From the IMG/VR virus record IMGVR_UViG_3300047443_000115, positions 1-64,000 of that record: a stretch of 64,000 bases of DNA. One strand, given 5' to 3'. Made by a program: the position numbers and the translations under genes. Source of the stretch: a virus. Below, piece by piece: positions 26,178 through 35,217 of the stretch (its first letter is position 1; the number at the start of each line of letters is the position of its first letter). Under the pieces are notes generated by a model that did not search any database, had not been told where the DNA came from, and worked only from the letters and a program-made list of their open reading frames with translations.

Positions 26178-28157
26178 TCAGACGCTCCAGCCCAGATAGC
26201 CGTATTGGCGGAGCAAACTGATGGCCTCGTCGCGGCTACCGGCGATGCGATAGATCTGCTCAGGCAGCAGACGCGGCGAGGAAAGTTGGAAACGCCTGGG
26301 GTACCGGGGCGAAGCCGTGCCCGCCCGATAGGCGCGCGACCGCTCCATCTGGAAGTACAGGCCGCGGCGCGTGGTGCCCTCGTAGGTGGCGCGCAGTCGG
26401 CCGCCGTAGCCGTCGGCCGCGGTGTACATGCCGCGGCGGGCGTTGACGACGGAGTTCATGTCTGCGCCGTCCCGGATCGCCTTCGCCCCGGCCTGGGTGA
26501 AGATGCGGTCCTGCTCGGCGCGGGACAGGCCCTTGAAGTAGGCCTGCGGATCGAACGCGCCGGGGATGTGGCGGTCACGAGCGATCAGCTTTGCGGGCAT
26601 ATGCGTACAGTCACAGTTTGATACAATGAGACTGTTCGCAACGTGCCACCCCTCGACCGAAGTGAGGCTGTAAACGTGCCCGCTCCACTCGCTCCGGCGA
26701 AGCTCGACTACGCGATCGAGCTCTACCTGTCCGGAAAGCCGATCCAGGAGATCGCGACCTTGGCGGGCATATCCGTCACGCGTTTCCACCGAGAACGAGT
26801 CTCCCGGGGCATCCCATCGCGGAAGACCCGCGATCTCCCCATCAGTGAAATCGCGTCCGCCTACCTCAATGGAGCCAGCGAGTTCGCGCTCGGCAAGCAG
26901 TACGGGGTGTCCCGAAATGTCATCGCGCGCCGCCTCGCGGAAGCCGGAGTACAGCGGCGTGACGCCAGTGAAGCTGGCGTTGTCAGGGCGGCCAAGTTGA
27001 GCGCTGGCGAGCGCAAGACCCAGGCCGCCGCCGCCAACCGGGCCGCCCGATTGCGTCGCGTCCCACAGATTCAAAAGCATCGACGCGCGCTCGGCATCGA
27101 ACTGGCCGGTCAAGCCCAGTCCTCCGGCGAGGCCGAGTTGCACCAACTTCTTGCCGACCGTGGCCAGATTGCCACTCGCCAGCGCGCGATCGGCGTATAC
27201 AACGTCGACCTCGCCTTGCTGCCCGTCGCCGTGGAAGTCCTCGGTGGCGGTTGGCATGCGGTCAAGACCGTGCACGCTGAGCGCACCCCATACGTCCTCG
27301 ATGAGGGATGGCATCTCGTGATGGTCTGGGACTACGAGGGGCGTAGCGCCCTCGGGGCGGGTGCTGCGGACTACCTCGTCGCCTTCTTGGATGAGGTTCG
27401 CCGGAACCCACCCGCGACTTGTCAGTACCGGGTGATTTCCGGTCAGGGCGAGGTTCTGGCCGCTCGCGGTAGAGAGGACAATGAGTTCCCCTTGGAACCA
27501 CCGCCGCGTGGCCGCCTGTGACCTAGGCCCCGACACCACCACTCCGGCCGGGAAGCAGCGCGGATGCCGTTGGAAGCCGGTATTCCAGCCGTACTCACGT
27601 CCGGCGAGGACGATGCACCGACTGCACGCGGGCGGGTTGACCACCCGGATATAGCCGTTGATCGTGCGGTTCCCCGCGATCGACACCCCGGTGGCCGCCC
27701 TCCCGGCGTCCGTGACCTCCGACGCCGCCATGCGCAGCAACTGCTGCAGGCCCGTCATCATCGCCTCGACCTCATCGACGCCTGCCGCGATGGCCGTCTT
27801 CGACGTGATGAGCGGCAGATCCAGCAGCGTGTCCAGCGACCGACCATCAGCAGCAAGCCCAGCGAAGGCCTCTGGACGGACACGGCCCGCGGGATCCGAA
27901 CTCAGACCCCGTGCCGCGATGATGGACTCGACGTAGGCGTCTGCGGCTGCCGCCGTAGCCAACTGGCCGGCGGTCACCGTGCGGACCACCTCCGGGCCGA
28001 TGTAGATGGCCCACGAACGGCTCAGATCGCGGCGGTCGATCTCCCGCCACAACTGCTGAACCCGGTCCGCCACCCGGCGGGCATGCGACTGCTGAGCCAC
28101 ATAGAAGGCGTTCGCGAGCTCCTCGGCCGACAAATCCCGCACCGACCCCGTGGCCAT
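26178..28157 (-). CDS. MuF/VG15-like minor head protein interrupted by an intein (345 aa after splicing)
   Basis: ACSRCIVLAG...FQRHPR|intein|CDCTHMP; splicing restores the HPxCDC motif. Confidence 0.85.
   Translation of the reverse strand: MATGSVRDLSAEELANAFYVAQQSHARRVADRVQQLWREIDRRDLSRSWAIYIGPEVVRTVTAGQLATAAAADAYVESIIAARGLSSDPAGRVRPEAFAGLAADGRSLDTLLDLPLITSKTAIAAGVDEVEAMMTGLQQLLRMAASEVTDAGRAATGVSIAGNRTINGYIRVVNPPACSRCIVLAGREYGWNTGFQRHPRCFPAGVVVSGPRSQAATRRWFQGELIVLSTASGQNLALTGNHPVLTSRGWVPANLIQEGDEVVRSTRPEGATPLVVPDHHEMPSLIEDVWGALSVHGLDRMPTATEDFHGDGQQGEVDVVYADRALASGNLATVGKKLVQLGLAGGLGLTGQFDAERASMLLNLWDATQSGGPVGGGGLGLALASAQLGRPDNASFTGVTPLYSGFREAARDDISGHPVLLAERELAGSIEVGGRDFTDGEIAGLPRWDAPGDSFSVETRDGYARQGRDLLDRLSGQVELDRVVELRRSEWSGHVYSLTSVEGWHVANSLIVSNCDCTHMPAKLIARDRHIPGAFDPQAYFKGLSRAEQDRIFTQAGAKAIRDGADMNSVVNARRGMYTAADGYGGRLRATYEGTTRRGLYFQMERSRAYRAGTASPRYPRRFQLSSPRLLPEQIYRIAGSRDEAISLLRQYGYLGWSV
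26619..26627 (+). promoter_or_regulatory. Extended -10 promoter TGaTACAAT for the antisense endonuclease gene
   Basis: Antisense of intein codons ATT GTA TCA (I-V-S), which are rare in a ~70% GC genome; ~50 bp upstream of a GTG start with GAGG RBS. Confidence 0.55.
26676..27521 (+). CDS. Antisense-encoded putative homing endonuclease: two HTH repeats plus Vsr/DUF559-like PD-(D/E)XK nuclease
   Basis: AIELYLSGKPIQEIATLAGIS; AYLNGASEFALGKQYGVSRNVIARRL; SSGE...RAIGVYNVDLAL..VAVEVLGGGWH...R...LDEGWHLVMVW. Confidence 0.8.
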   Translation: MPAPLAPAKLDYAIELYLSGKPIQEIATLAGISVTRFHRERVSRGIPSRKTRDLPISEIASAYLNGASEFALGKQYGVSRNVIARRLAEAGVQRRDASEAGVVRAAKLSAGERKTQAAAANRAARLRRVPQIQKHRRALGIELAGQAQSSGEAELHQLLADRGQIATRQRAIGVYNVDLALLPVAVEVLGGGWHAVKTVHAERTPYVLDEGWHLVMVWDYEGRSALGAGAADYLVAFLDEVRRNPPATCQYRVISGQGEVLAARGREDNEFPLEPPPRGRL

Positions 28158-29590
28158 CAGGCCACCTCCGCGGGTTCGGGATCAGCCTCAGGCATGACGG
28201 GATCGGGCGGAGGCTTCGGGCCCGCCTCCAGCGCCGAGAAGTCGCCCGCCATGATGCGCTGCATCGCGTCCTGCGCGGCGGCCTCGTCCTCTTCCTCCAT
28301 GCGCTCGATCTGCGCCTGCGTGTACCGCAGGTCTTCGCGCGTCTGCCGGAGAGGCACGATCTTCGCCTGGAACTTCTTCACCGAAGCGTCCGCGACCTGC
28401 GCCACCGTCGGAGTTGAAGCGTCCCGCCAGATCGTCTCCAGTGACCGGGCCGCCGGATCCCACTCGCCATCCTTCACTCGCAGCACAAGCCGCATGACGC
28501 GCTCCCACGAGCCGCCCCACGCCCGCTGCTTCCGCTCCGCGCGCTTCACCAGGCGGGTCTCGCTACTGCGGATCGCATCCGCCGAGGCCGGGTTCTGGGT
28601 GCTGTAGCCCAGGAACTGCGGAGGTAGACCGGACAGGCTGGAGACCAGCTGCGCGAGCTGATTCAGCGTGCTGTGGAAGTTGCTGAGCGACGCTTCCGGG
28701 AACTGGACGACATCCGCGCCATCCTGCTTGGAGCGCTCCGTCGCCCACATCCGGCCGATGATCCGGCTGAACGCCGACACCCGACGGCCGGACTCATCGA
28801 CGAAGTCCTCCTCGCCGAAGCCGAACGCCACGCGCCGCGGCGTTGCGTGATACTCGGCGCTGACCATCATGTCCGTTGCGATCTTGCAGGCCGCGTCGGA
28901 CAGTGGGATGACGTCCTGGAGCTCCGACACACCGCCCGGACACTTCAGGCGCGGCCGGTTCGGCAGCACCTCGACCAGAACCTCGCCCGTCTCGTGCTCA
29001 TCCCTCGGATACTCCGGATCCTCGACCCAATGACCCGACTCCTTCACCCACCACACCGTGGCGTCCGGCAGGTACAGCGTCGCGTGATCGACCTTCCGGC
29101 CCTCGTCGCCGTCCTCCTGCCAGCGCTTCACCGCAGCCGCCACCCGACGCGTCCGAGGATCGAACTCCGCGAACATGTCCAAGGCGCTCTCGACGGTGAT
29201 CAGCGGCGTCGAGTCGTCATCCTCGTTCGCGCCCACCACGATGTACGAGCGCCGCATCGCCAGGGCATCCAGGTGCCCCATCTGCGACTGCTCGTCCATG
29301 TCATTGGCCTGCCAGATCCGCCAGAGCTCGTCATCGGCGTCCGCCACGCCGGGGAAACGGAAGCCCTCCACGTCCAGGCGCTCCTCGATGCTGTCGACGA
29401 TCAGGCGCGGCCAGTTGATGACGACCTGGCGAACCGTCTCCTGCAACTCCACCTGAAGCTCCGGCGCCATGTACGACAGCGGCTGAGAGCCCTCGTAGTA
29501 GGAGTTCAGGCGCTTGAGCTCGTTCAACTCCTTGTCGTGGCACGAGATCAGGTGAGTCAGCCACTGCAGCTCGGAGCGCTCCACAGGCAC
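28157..29590 (-). CDS. Portal protein (SPP1 gp6-like)
   Basis: YYEGSQPL, NWPRLIVDSIEERL, IWQANDMD, NPASADAI motifs. Confidence 0.92.
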   Translation of the reverse strand: MPVERSELQWLTHLISCHDKELNELKRLNSYYEGSQPLSYMAPELQVELQETVRQVVINWPRLIVDSIEERLDVEGFRFPGVADADDELWRIWQANDMDEQSQMGHLDALAMRRSYIVVGANEDDDSTPLITVESALDMFAEFDPRTRRVAAAVKRWQEDGDEGRKVDHATLYLPDATVWWVKESGHWVEDPEYPRDEHETGEVLVEVLPNRPRLKCPGGVSELQDVIPLSDAACKIATDMMVSAEYHATPRRVAFGFGEEDFVDESGRRVSAFSRIIGRMWATERSKQDGADVVQFPEASLSNFHSTLNQLAQLVSSLSGLPPQFLGYSTQNPASADAIRSSETRLVKRAERKQRAWGGSWERVMRLVLRVKDGEWDPAARSLETIWRDASTPTVAQVADASVKKFQAKIVPLRQTREDLRYTQAQIERMEEEDEAAAQDAMQRIMAGDFSALEAGPKPPPDPVMPEADPEPAEVA

Positions 29591-29594
29591 CCCC

Positions 29595-31214
29595 TCACCG
29601 CATGACGATCATCTTGGACTTCTTCTTGGGACGGGCCAGGCCGGCGGCCGTCGCATCCCCAGCGGCCTCATGGGCGAGGATGCTCGGGATCGCAGCGTCG
29701 ATCTTCTGAGACGGGCTCGCCTTGCCGAGCACATACCGGCCGCCGACACGGGCCGCCTTACGGGCGTTCCGGACGTGCGCGGCCGTGATCACACAGCCGT
29801 CATGCCGGAACACCGACTCCGTCTTCGTGACGTCCGTTAGCAGTCGCTCCGCCGCCGCATGCATCTGCACCGTGCGGTACGTGTACCAGCGCACGACGCG
29901 CTTTTCGCCGTGTCGGTCCGCCCATCCGTCGACCTCCGACTCCCAGTACGGCGGATCGCAGTACATGCGCAGCACGTCGAAACGCGCGAACACCTCGTCG
30001 ACCGCCGCGGCCACTTCAAGGCGAGGCACCTGGCCGCCGTAGTCCGCCGGATTCCAGATTGTCGGCAACTCATCCGGGCCGAATGTCGGCGTGAACTGGT
30101 AGCCGTCCAGCGTCTCCAGGCGGAGCGCTGTCCAGTCATCAACGTCCGAGCCGTCGAAGCCGGCCACGACCGTCGTGCCGTCCGGGACCTCGCGGAACTC
30201 CGCGAGGGTGTCCCAGGCGTCGCCGTTCATCCAAGACCCGGCGCCGTACACGATGCGGTTCCCGAAGAATCGCTCCGCCTGCTCCGGATCCTTCTCCAGT
30301 AGCTCGGCAGCCTCCGCCTCGATCGCATCCAGGTCGACGTGCGTCGAGCCCATGTAGACATGCCGGTGGATCTTCCGCCGGTCCGTCTTGTTCGTGTACT
30401 TCAGCGACGCCGGCGGCACCCGGTGGAACCGGAAGATGTCCTTGACCTTCGCCTCGGACGTGGCCTGCGCGACGCTGTTCTCCGACGGGTTCCACGCATT
30501 CGTGGTCTCCATCGTGCGGCCACCCATACCGGCGGCGCCGCGGCGCTGGGTCGTGGCAACCCGGTCCATCTTGTTCGCCGGAGTCCACAGTTGGGTCTCA
30601 TCCTGAAGGACGAACGTCACCGGGTTACCCAGGCGGGACTGCGCGCTGCTGGTGACGACGTCGATGCGGCCGTCATTCGGAAGGCGAATGAACTGCTCCC
30701 CGACCCGCATCAGCTCACCCAACGGGCCGGTTCGGATCATCGCCTGCAGAGGCCGGTAGACGTTGTCGGTCTGCTCCTCCGAGAACGCCGTGATCTGCAC
30801 CAGCGGCGTCGGCCACGGAATCGCCATCGGCTCTCCCGGTGAGTACTCGTACACCCACCCGCAGCCGCAACCATGATCGCGGCAGTCGTACACCTCGCCG
30901 CCAACCGCCCAGCCGTCAAAGACCGCTGGTCCAACGCCCTCATTCGCACAGACCGCCGCAGTCCACGGACCTTTCCCCGTCTTCTGAGGAGCAACACACT
31001 GGGACCGGCGGTAGAAGAACGCCGGCGCCAACTGGCCCACCGTCGCAGTTGGCTTCACGCGGTAGAAGTTCGCCGTGCACCACAACTGCCAGTCGTACAT
31101 CTGGAACGGCTCACCCTTGCGGAAGCCATCCGGAATGCGGCAATGCTCCTCGATCCAGTCGCAAGCCACCCACAGCGTCGGAAAGTCGACGACGAACTCG
31201 CTACTCTTCTCCAT
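29595..31214 (-). CDS. terL: Terminase large subunit
   Basis: Walker A PQKTGKG, Walker B VLQDE, nuclease GFDGS..DD and KIDAA. Confidence 0.93.
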   Translation of the reverse strand: MEKSSEFVVDFPTLWVACDWIEEHCRIPDGFRKGEPFQMYDWQLWCTANFYRVKPTATVGQLAPAFFYRRSQCVAPQKTGKGPWTAAVCANEGVGPAVFDGWAVGGEVYDCRDHGCGCGWVYEYSPGEPMAIPWPTPLVQITAFSEEQTDNVYRPLQAMIRTGPLGELMRVGEQFIRLPNDGRIDVVTSSAQSRLGNPVTFVLQDETQLWTPANKMDRVATTQRRGAAGMGGRTMETTNAWNPSENSVAQATSEAKVKDIFRFHRVPPASLKYTNKTDRRKIHRHVYMGSTHVDLDAIEAEAAELLEKDPEQAERFFGNRIVYGAGSWMNGDAWDTLAEFREVPDGTTVVAGFDGSDVDDWTALRLETLDGYQFTPTFGPDELPTIWNPADYGGQVPRLEVAAAVDEVFARFDVLRMYCDPPYWESEVDGWADRHGEKRVVRWYTYRTVQMHAAAERLLTDVTKTESVFRHDGCVITAAHVRNARKAARVGGRYVLGKASPSQKIDAAIPSILAHEAAGDATAAGLARPKKKSKMIVMR

Positions 31215-31668
31215 CGCCCGGGACGACCTTCAACCGCGACCGCGCCGACGACCGCACCGGCGCCGAACGGCCAGCAGCAGGCCGGGCCGGGGCCTCCTCC
31301 GCGGTGATGCGCCACCGGTTCGCCCGCATTCCCGGAGTCGTCAGGCCGAGAGAGTCGGCCATCTGCCGCACCAGCGTCGACAAGTTCACCCGGGAATCCA
31401 TCAGCTCAGCCTCCGAGAGCCGGCGCACGTACAGCGCCACCTCGATCTCCTGGCCGAACCGCTCCCACATCAGCGCCTGCGGCATCCGCCACAACCGCTC
31501 CCACAGCTCGTCCTCGCGGACACTCTGGTCTGTCAACGGCCATACGGGCATTGCACCCTGGCGGCCCTCCGCAGGCAGAATCGTCCACTCGCCGGCATCC
31601 CGCTCACGCCGAAGCGCATTCGGATCAGGGGCAGGACCAGAACGTGCGCGTGCTCCACCCTTCGGCAT
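31201..31668 (-). CDS. terS: Terminase small subunit
   Basis: GGARARSGP...LGLTTPGMRANRW; overlaps the terL start. Confidence 0.8.
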   Translation of the reverse strand: MPKGGARARSGPAPDPNALRRERDAGEWTILPAEGRQGAMPVWPLTDQSVREDELWERLWRMPQALMWERFGQEIEVALYVRRLSEAELMDSRVNLSTLVRQMADSLGLTTPGMRANRWRITAEEAPARPAAGRSAPVRSSARSRLKVVPGDGEE

Positions 31669-31722
31669 ATCGCTCTCCTCGGATCGCGCCATTGCGGCGC
31701 AAGCGACGGCCGGGCATTGCGC

Positions 31723-32508
31723 TCAGCCGATCAGGAGCAACTGCTCCCCACCGCCCCGATTCCCCTTGGCGCTGTTGCAGCCCAAGTGAGCGAGGCGGAC
31801 GTTTGAAGGATCGTGCGCTCCGCCTTTCGACAAGGGCACGACGTGATCCAGGCTCGCGCTCCGCACATGGGGCCACGCGATCTTCTTGCCGACCCGGGTT
31901 TTACAGATGTGGCAGCGCCAGTGATCCCGATCAGCTATCCAAGCCAGAATCACAGGCTCGCCAGTAGAGGCGGCCACCTTCTGTGCCCGGCGGCGGTGGT
32001 ACTGGTCGCGGCGGGCATCGGTCCACGGTCCAGGCTTCTGCCGGCCATCAGCGCGGGACTCACGGTTGTACAGCAGCTTGCCGTGCTTCTCCGAGCAGCA
32101 GCGCTGGCGCTCGCTCTTCGGCTGGAACTCCAGGCCGCAGCCGGGGAGGGCGCAGGCGCGAAGCGGAAGAGGGAGCGCACGGATTGCGCCGGAGTTGATC
32201 GCCCAGCACCGCGCAGAGCAAAACTCCGACTTCCGAGGCTCGCACAGATCCACCGAGCACGTTCTACAACTGACGGGGCGCTCGGGGAGTCGATGCCGAT
32301 CGCGGCATTCCACCGAGCAGAACAGCGACTTCAGCGACAGCTGATCAATCTCAACCTGGCAGTACCGGCACCATCGGAAGAGCCTGACGAAGTCATTCGG
32401 GTGCAGCCTGGCGAAGTTCTTGCAACTCCGACTGCACCAGTCGTAGCGCCCGAAGGGGAGTGGGGCTACGCACCCACGGCAAGAAGCTTTGAGGTAGGAA
32501 AGATCCAT
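31723..32508 (-). CDS. HNH endonuclease with repeated Zn-finger modules (probably a selfish element)
   Basis: Repeated CxxC...(W/F)CSxxC; CHIC...SLDHVVPLSKGGAHDPSNVRLAHLGCN. Confidence 0.88.
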   Translation of the reverse strand: MDLSYLKASCRGCVAPLPFGRYDWCSRSCKNFARLHPNDFVRLFRWCRYCQVEIDQLSLKSLFCSVECRDRHRLPERPVSCRTCSVDLCEPRKSEFCSARCWAINSGAIRALPLPLRACALPGCGLEFQPKSERQRCCSEKHGKLLYNRESRADGRQKPGPWTDARRDQYHRRRAQKVAASTGEPVILAWIADRDHWRCHICKTRVGKKIAWPHVRSASLDHVVPLSKGGAHDPSNVRLAHLGCNSAKGNRGGGEQLLLIG

Positions 32509-32727
32509 CAGATCTCCAGATGAGCGAGGCCCCTCGGCGTCTGGAGTCGCCAGCGGGGCCTCTGACCCAAGGGAGCTACCCTCGGGATGGTTACGGATGG
32601 TAGCAGTCTACCGGATCCGCAAGTTGATCATGAAGTTTAGAACCCTCCTGACCTGGCAGCCACCTCCCCGGCGGTCCTTCGGCCGCCGGCCTGCAGGGCA
32701 TAGCCCCGCCCCCTCAGCCGCCCGCCG

Positions 32728-33036
32728 TCACCCTTGGTGACCGTCGGCGCCGCTGTTCGTCTCGGCCGGCGGGAGCTTGAGCTCGACCACCAGCGGCACG
32801 GTCCGCTCTTCGCTCCACGCCTGACCGTCGTGGTCGGGGTCGACGAGCCGGCTGCCATCTTCGGTGGTCTTGTACTGCTGGTATCGGATGACGGTCTGGT
32901 CGTCGTCTCGTTCGATGCTGAGCCAGTGGTCGACGACGTGCTTGGGGTCGACGTCGTTGGCCTGGAGCCAGTCGCAGAGGGCTTCGCGGTGCTGTTCGAT
33001 CTCAGCTTTGCGAATGAGCCGGAGGACGACGGTCAC
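32728..33036 (-). CDS. Hypothetical protein
   Basis: LCDWLQANDVDP... ORF. Confidence 0.6.
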   Translation of the reverse strand: MTVVLRLIRKAEIEQHREALCDWLQANDVDPKHVVDHWLSIERDDDQTVIRYQQYKTTEDGSRLVDPDHDGQAWSEERTVPLVVELKLPPAETNSGADGHQG

Positions 33037-33038
33037 GG

Positions 33039-33269
33039 TCAGCGCCAGACGTAGAGCGCGTCGCCGTCCTGGTGCTGGTGCTCGTGGCCAGCCTCGCCGG
33101 GCTCCAGTTCCTGAGCGTCGAGCTGGCAGGTGACGTGTCCGGCGAGGACGGGCAGGAAGTGCGGTGCGCCGCAGCGCGGGCCTTCGACGACTGTCTGCTC
33201 GTCGGCCTTCGGCTCGGGCTGGGCTGCCTGCTCGTCGACTGCGGGCTCCGGTTTGGCCTTGGCGGTCAT
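33039..33269 (-). CDS. Hypothetical protein
   Basis: Overlap-coupled small ORF. Confidence 0.6.
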   Translation of the reverse strand: MTAKAKPEPAVDEQAAQPEPKADEQTVVEGPRCGAPHFLPVLAGHVTCQLDAQELEPGEAGHEHQHQDGDALYVWR

Positions 33270-33535
33270 GCTGCCTCCTCGGGTGGTGTCCAGCCGAGTG
33301 CGATGAGGGCCTTGGCTGCGTGGTCGTTGACGATGACGCGGGCGGGCTGGAGTTCGGTGGCGTCGAGTTCGTGGATGACCGGGTCGATCGCGAGCGTGGG
33401 TAGTTCACCAGGCGCGATGGTGAGGGTGGCGCCTCTCAGTCCGTGCGATAGGTCCACGCCGTCCACGATGACCTTGTGCCGGGTGTCGTTGCTGTTGATC
33501 TGCACGGCGTGGGTGCGGTGGCCGTCCTTGCTCAT
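33266..33535 (-). CDS. Hypothetical protein
   Basis: MSKDGHRTH...LIALGWTPP. Confidence 0.6.
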   Translation of the reverse strand: MSKDGHRTHAVQINSNDTRHKVIVDGVDLSHGLRGATLTIAPGELPTLAIDPVIHELDATELQPARVIVNDHAAKALIALGWTPPEEAA

Positions 33536-33767
33536 GCGCGAAGGCCTCCGGGCCTGGGTCGATGGTCGGGTCTTCCTCGGCATGAGGCGTTGTGGCGGCC
33601 GAGGAATCGGCAGGCGATGCGGCCGGTGTACGAGTAGGCGGCGTCGCGGGGTTCGGCGAGGATGTAGCGAACGGTGTAGGCGAAGGCCGATCGGCATTCG
33701 CTGCGACTCCGGTAGCGCGGTCGAAGGCGCCGCGTCTTTGCCGCCGCTCGTCGGGGCCGCGTCACGC

Positions 33768-34163
33768 TCATCGCCGGTTCCAGCCGCCGGCTTGTTCCGG
33801 GTTGGCCGCCGTCTCCTTGGAGTGGCAGGGACCGCACAGGCCGCGTCCGTACTGCGGGTCGTGTTCGTCGAGCCCGCGCGCCCGTAGCTCCCGCTTGTCG
33901 AGCGGCCAGTGGTCGGCGTGCTTGCTGGGCTGGCCACACGGCTCCGGGTGTCCGTGGCCTTCCTCGGCGCAGACGCACGTCGGGTCCTTGGCGAGGACGC
34001 CGGGGCGGAAGCGGGTGAGGTGTTGGCCGCCGTACCCGCGCTGCTTGGCGGTGCCGCGTTTGGCTTCGGCTTCGCGCCGGTGGTCTTCGCAGCGCCCACC
34101 CTGATCGGTGAACTCGGGGCAGCCTGGGGTCGAGCAGACTCGCCAGCCTGTTCGTCGGGTCAT
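33768..34163 (-). CDS. Packaging-associated HNH endonuclease (HK97 gp74-like)
   Basis: CSTPGC...RGYG...HADH...GLCGPCHSKET upstream of terminase genes. Confidence 0.85.
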   Translation of the reverse strand: MTRRTGWRVCSTPGCPEFTDQGGRCEDHRREAEAKRGTAKQRGYGGQHLTRFRPGVLAKDPTCVCAEEGHGHPEPCGQPSKHADHWPLDKRELRARGLDEHDPQYGRGLCGPCHSKETAANPEQAGGWNRR

Positions 34164-34360
34164 CGTCGTCGCTCCCGGTGCGTGGCGATCGCTATGGCCG
34201 TGAAGAGCGCCCCGATGAGGCTGAAGGTGATGACGCCGGTCGGGGCCGTGGGATTGCCGCGAGCCCAGTCGATGGCGGCGACGATCGCCGTGGCCCAGGA
34301 GGCGGCGGCCAACAGTGCGATGACCTTGATCTCGCGGCTGTCGTTGCGCTCTCTGGCCAT
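34160..34360 (-). CDS. Small two-TM membrane protein
   Basis: Two hydrophobic helices. Confidence 0.5.
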   Translation of the reverse strand: MARERNDSREIKVIALLAAASWATAIVAAIDWARGNPTAPTGVITFSLIGALFTAIAIATHRERRR

Positions 34361-34409
34361 CGCCTTCCCCTGTCCGTACCGTGTGCCATTCGATGCGAGG
34401 GGGTTGGCT

Positions 34410-34634
34410 ATGCGGAGCGATGCTGCGCTGGGCGTGTTCGTGGTGGGTCTGGCTGTGCTGATGTTCGGCGTGATCACCGAGTTCACGGTCGTCTGGCTGG
34501 TGATCGGCGGCCTGTTGATGCTGGGCGCGGTGGCGGCGACGGCGCGGCAGCGGCGGACGGGGCCGGATCCGGAGGTGACGCTGCGGCCGGGCGGGAAGGA
34601 TCGGCCGTGGCGGCGGGGGGGTGAGGACCGGTAG
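34410..34634 (+). CDS. Small two-TM membrane protein
   Basis: GAGGGG RBS; two TM helices; opposite to the operon direction. Confidence 0.55.
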   Translation: MRSDAALGVFVVGLAVLMFGVITEFTVVWLVIGGLLMLGAVAATARQRRTGPDPEVTLRPGGKDRPWRRGGEDR

Positions 34635-34635
34635 T

Positions 34636-35217
34636 TCAGGCTTGCTGCGCGAGCCACCGTCGGACGGTCTGGTTGTGCTTGGCGTCGGCGAGCGCGTTGT
34701 GCACGCCGTCCATCTGCTGCGGCAGATCGGCCAGGTCGACGCCGAGGCGTTCGATCTCCTGTTGCAGGTCGTGCGTCCACATAGGTACTCCGACCGGGAG
34801 CCGCATCATCGAGCCCCAGAGTTGGCACAGGGCCACGTGGTCGTAGGCGCCGTAGTCGGCCCAGAGTTGCGGCGTGACGGCGTCCGTGGCCTGGATGAAG
34901 TCGCGTACCTCGTTCGCGATCACGAATCGGGGCTTGACCCGGCTGTCGGTGAGATCGGGGCCGAGCAGGTTGAGGGGCGGTCGAGGATGGACGTTCGGGC
35001 TCTTCGCCAGGTACGTGTCCAGGGCCGCTCTGCCCGTGACCGGCAGGTGCGGCACGACGTTGCGCACAAGCCAGTCATTCTCCTTGATGCGGTCCCAGGG
35101 GGCCTCGCTATTGACGGCGTAGTACTCGCGGCCGTCGTCGCACACCATGCCGATCGAGATCACCTCGATCGTGCGGCCGTCCTCCAGGAATTCCAGGTCG
35201 TAGTCGATGGCGGGCAA
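34636..35217 (-). CDS. DEDDh 3'-5' exoribonuclease (RNase AS-like)
   Basis: YDLEFLEDG..ISIG; ADYGAYDHV; HNALADA. Confidence 0.88.
   Translation of the reverse strand: MPAIDYDLEFLEDGRTIEVISIGMVCDDGREYYAVNSEAPWDRIKENDWLVRNVVPHLPVTGRAALDTYLAKSPNVHPRPPLNLLGPDLTDSRVKPRFVIANEVRDFIQATDAVTPQLWADYGAYDHVALCQLWGSMMRLPVGVPMWTHDLQQEIERLGVDLADLPQQMDGVHNALADAKHNQTVRRWLAQQA

Larger units (their letters stand above)
26616..27557 (-). mobile_element. Intein, 314 aa (host residues 201-514)
   Basis: Block A CFPAG, block B LTGNHPVLTSRGW, block F VYSLTSVEGWHVAN, terminal SN followed by Cys+1. Confidence 0.9.

Noticed and set aside
32560-32730. Possible cos site upstream of the HNH/terS genes
   Set aside because: The position is plausible but no cohesive-end sequence can be identified from sequence alone.
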